From positions 1,950,001 through 1,982,000 of the forward strand of contig NC_008578.1 in NCBI RefSeq assembly GCF_000015025.1: 32,000 bases of DNA. Direction: 5' to 3'. Shown here in pieces: positions 31,101 to 32,000 of the stretch (the first letter of the stretch is position 1; each line of letters opens with the position of its first letter). A program made the position numbers and the translations under genes. The notes below the pieces were generated by a model. That model was not told the DNA's origin and did no database searches. It saw nothing but the letters and a program-made list of their open reading frames with translations. The stretch comes from Acidothermus cellulolyticus 11B (GTDB lineage: Bacteria > Actinomycetota > Actinomycetes > Acidothermales > Acidothermaceae).

Positions 31101-32000
31101 TCGCCGCAGCCCGAAATCGTAAATCCAGGCGTGTTCGGCGTCCCGCCGTTCGATGCCGTATGGCCGCTCGTCGGTCACCTCCACCCCAAGGCCGGTCAAC
31201 AGCGGAATGAGCGTCGCCAGCGAGATCGGCGGGCCCACACGGCAGATCTTGACCCGAAAGACGTCGCTCCCGGCGGCAGACGGCTCATAGACCTTGACGT
31301 CAATGTCCCGCGGTCCCTGCAGGCGCTCGATGGCACGGACGTCGTCCACCGCGGTGTCCGCGGAGAAGTCCTCCTTATAAGCCTCCGGAAAGGCGCCGTG
31401 ATAGCGATACAGCAATGATGCGGCGGTTTCGTCGTCGAAACGCGCGGTCATCGCATCGGCAAAGTCGTCGTCCCATGTCCGCAGCGCGGCCGCCAGGCGG
31501 CGTTCCAGCTCGTCCCGGTCCACCGCCGGTCGGCTGCCTGGCGGCACGCGGACGACGAAATGCACGCGGGCCAGGACGGAATCCGTCACCCGCAAGGCGT
31601 CGTCGATGCTCGTGCCGCCGAGCGCCTCCAGCAGTAGGCGGCGAAATTCCAGCCGCACCGCCGTGCTGTACCGATCGCGGGGCAGGTACACCAGGCAGGA
31701 GTAGAACCGGCCATACTCCTCGCGACGCAAAAAGAGCCGCAGTCGTCGTCTTTCCCGCAGGTGGAGGACACCCATCGCCACCGTGTAGAGGTCGGATGCC
31801 GATATTTGCAGGAGGTCGTCGCGCGGGTGGTCCTCGATGATTTCCCGCAGCGCCTTGCCGTCGTGGCTGCGCGGCGGAAATCCCGACCGGTCCAACACCT
31901 CCTGCACCTTGCGCCGCACCATGGGAATCGTCAACACCCGCTCGGCATACACCGACGAGGTGAACAAGCCGAGGAAGCGCCGCTCGCCGATGACGTTCCC
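28170..32000 (-). CDS. gdh: NAD-specific glutamate dehydrogenase, large (~1600 aa) Bac_GDH family; the N-terminal part lies outside the window
   Basis: The frame stays open upstream of the ORF-track TTG at 31967 to the window edge ([18 protein letters not shown], a conserved NAD-GDH segment). The catalytic region is recognisable ([19 protein letters not shown]...[22 protein letters not shown]...[15 protein letters not shown]). In total 1277 codons are visible. Confidence 0.9.
   Translation of the reverse strand, partial: [1276 protein letters not shown]

Noticed and set aside
1-32000. Mobile elements, prophage, a genomic island, or tRNA/rRNA genes.
   Set aside because: I recognised no integrase, transposase or recombinase motifs, no terminal inverted repeats flanking a block, and no T-loop-like GGTTCGAATCC in any intergenic region. 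By eye there is no block of clearly atypical composition. This was a manual scan only, so tRNAscan-SE or Infernal should confirm it.

Overview
This is a G+C-rich, actinobacterial-type chromosomal window with dense coding, mostly on the minus strand. All family calls come from reading the supplied translations and from my own translation of the two edge-truncated genes. No database search was run.

Gene order, left to right:
- An S41 (Ctp-type) peptidase, with its 3' end outside the window, then ftsX and ftsE.
- A small Zn-ribbon membrane ORF on the plus strand, then prfB.
- A seven-gene Tad/Flp-type pilus operon: tadA, tadB, tadC, a pilin-like gene and three TadE-like genes.
- A membrane GAF-GGDEF(degenerate)-EAL protein.
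- A 0.5-kb structured divergent intergenic region.
- A monocistronic 1494-aa FHA-fused EccC/EssC-type triple ATPase on the plus strand.
- A nitrogen-assimilation island: nirB-nirD-nnaR, nasA plus a NasB-like flavoprotein, and divergent narK.
- A NYN-domain protein.
- The C-terminal ~1277 codons of a giant NAD-specific glutamate dehydrogenase, with its 5' end outside the window.

I saw no rRNA, tRNA, CRISPR array, transposase or integrase.

The most unusual items:
- The EccC-like ATPase stands alone, carries extra N-terminal domains and has no type VII partner genes nearby.
- A hairpin-rich leader lies in front of it.
- The Tad locus is non-canonical.
- Two convergent gene pairs overlap by an unusually long stretch.
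- Several intergenic regions carry tandem repeats or palindromes.

Many long ORFs in the track are antisense shadows or 5' over-extensions, which is typical of high-GC DNA.
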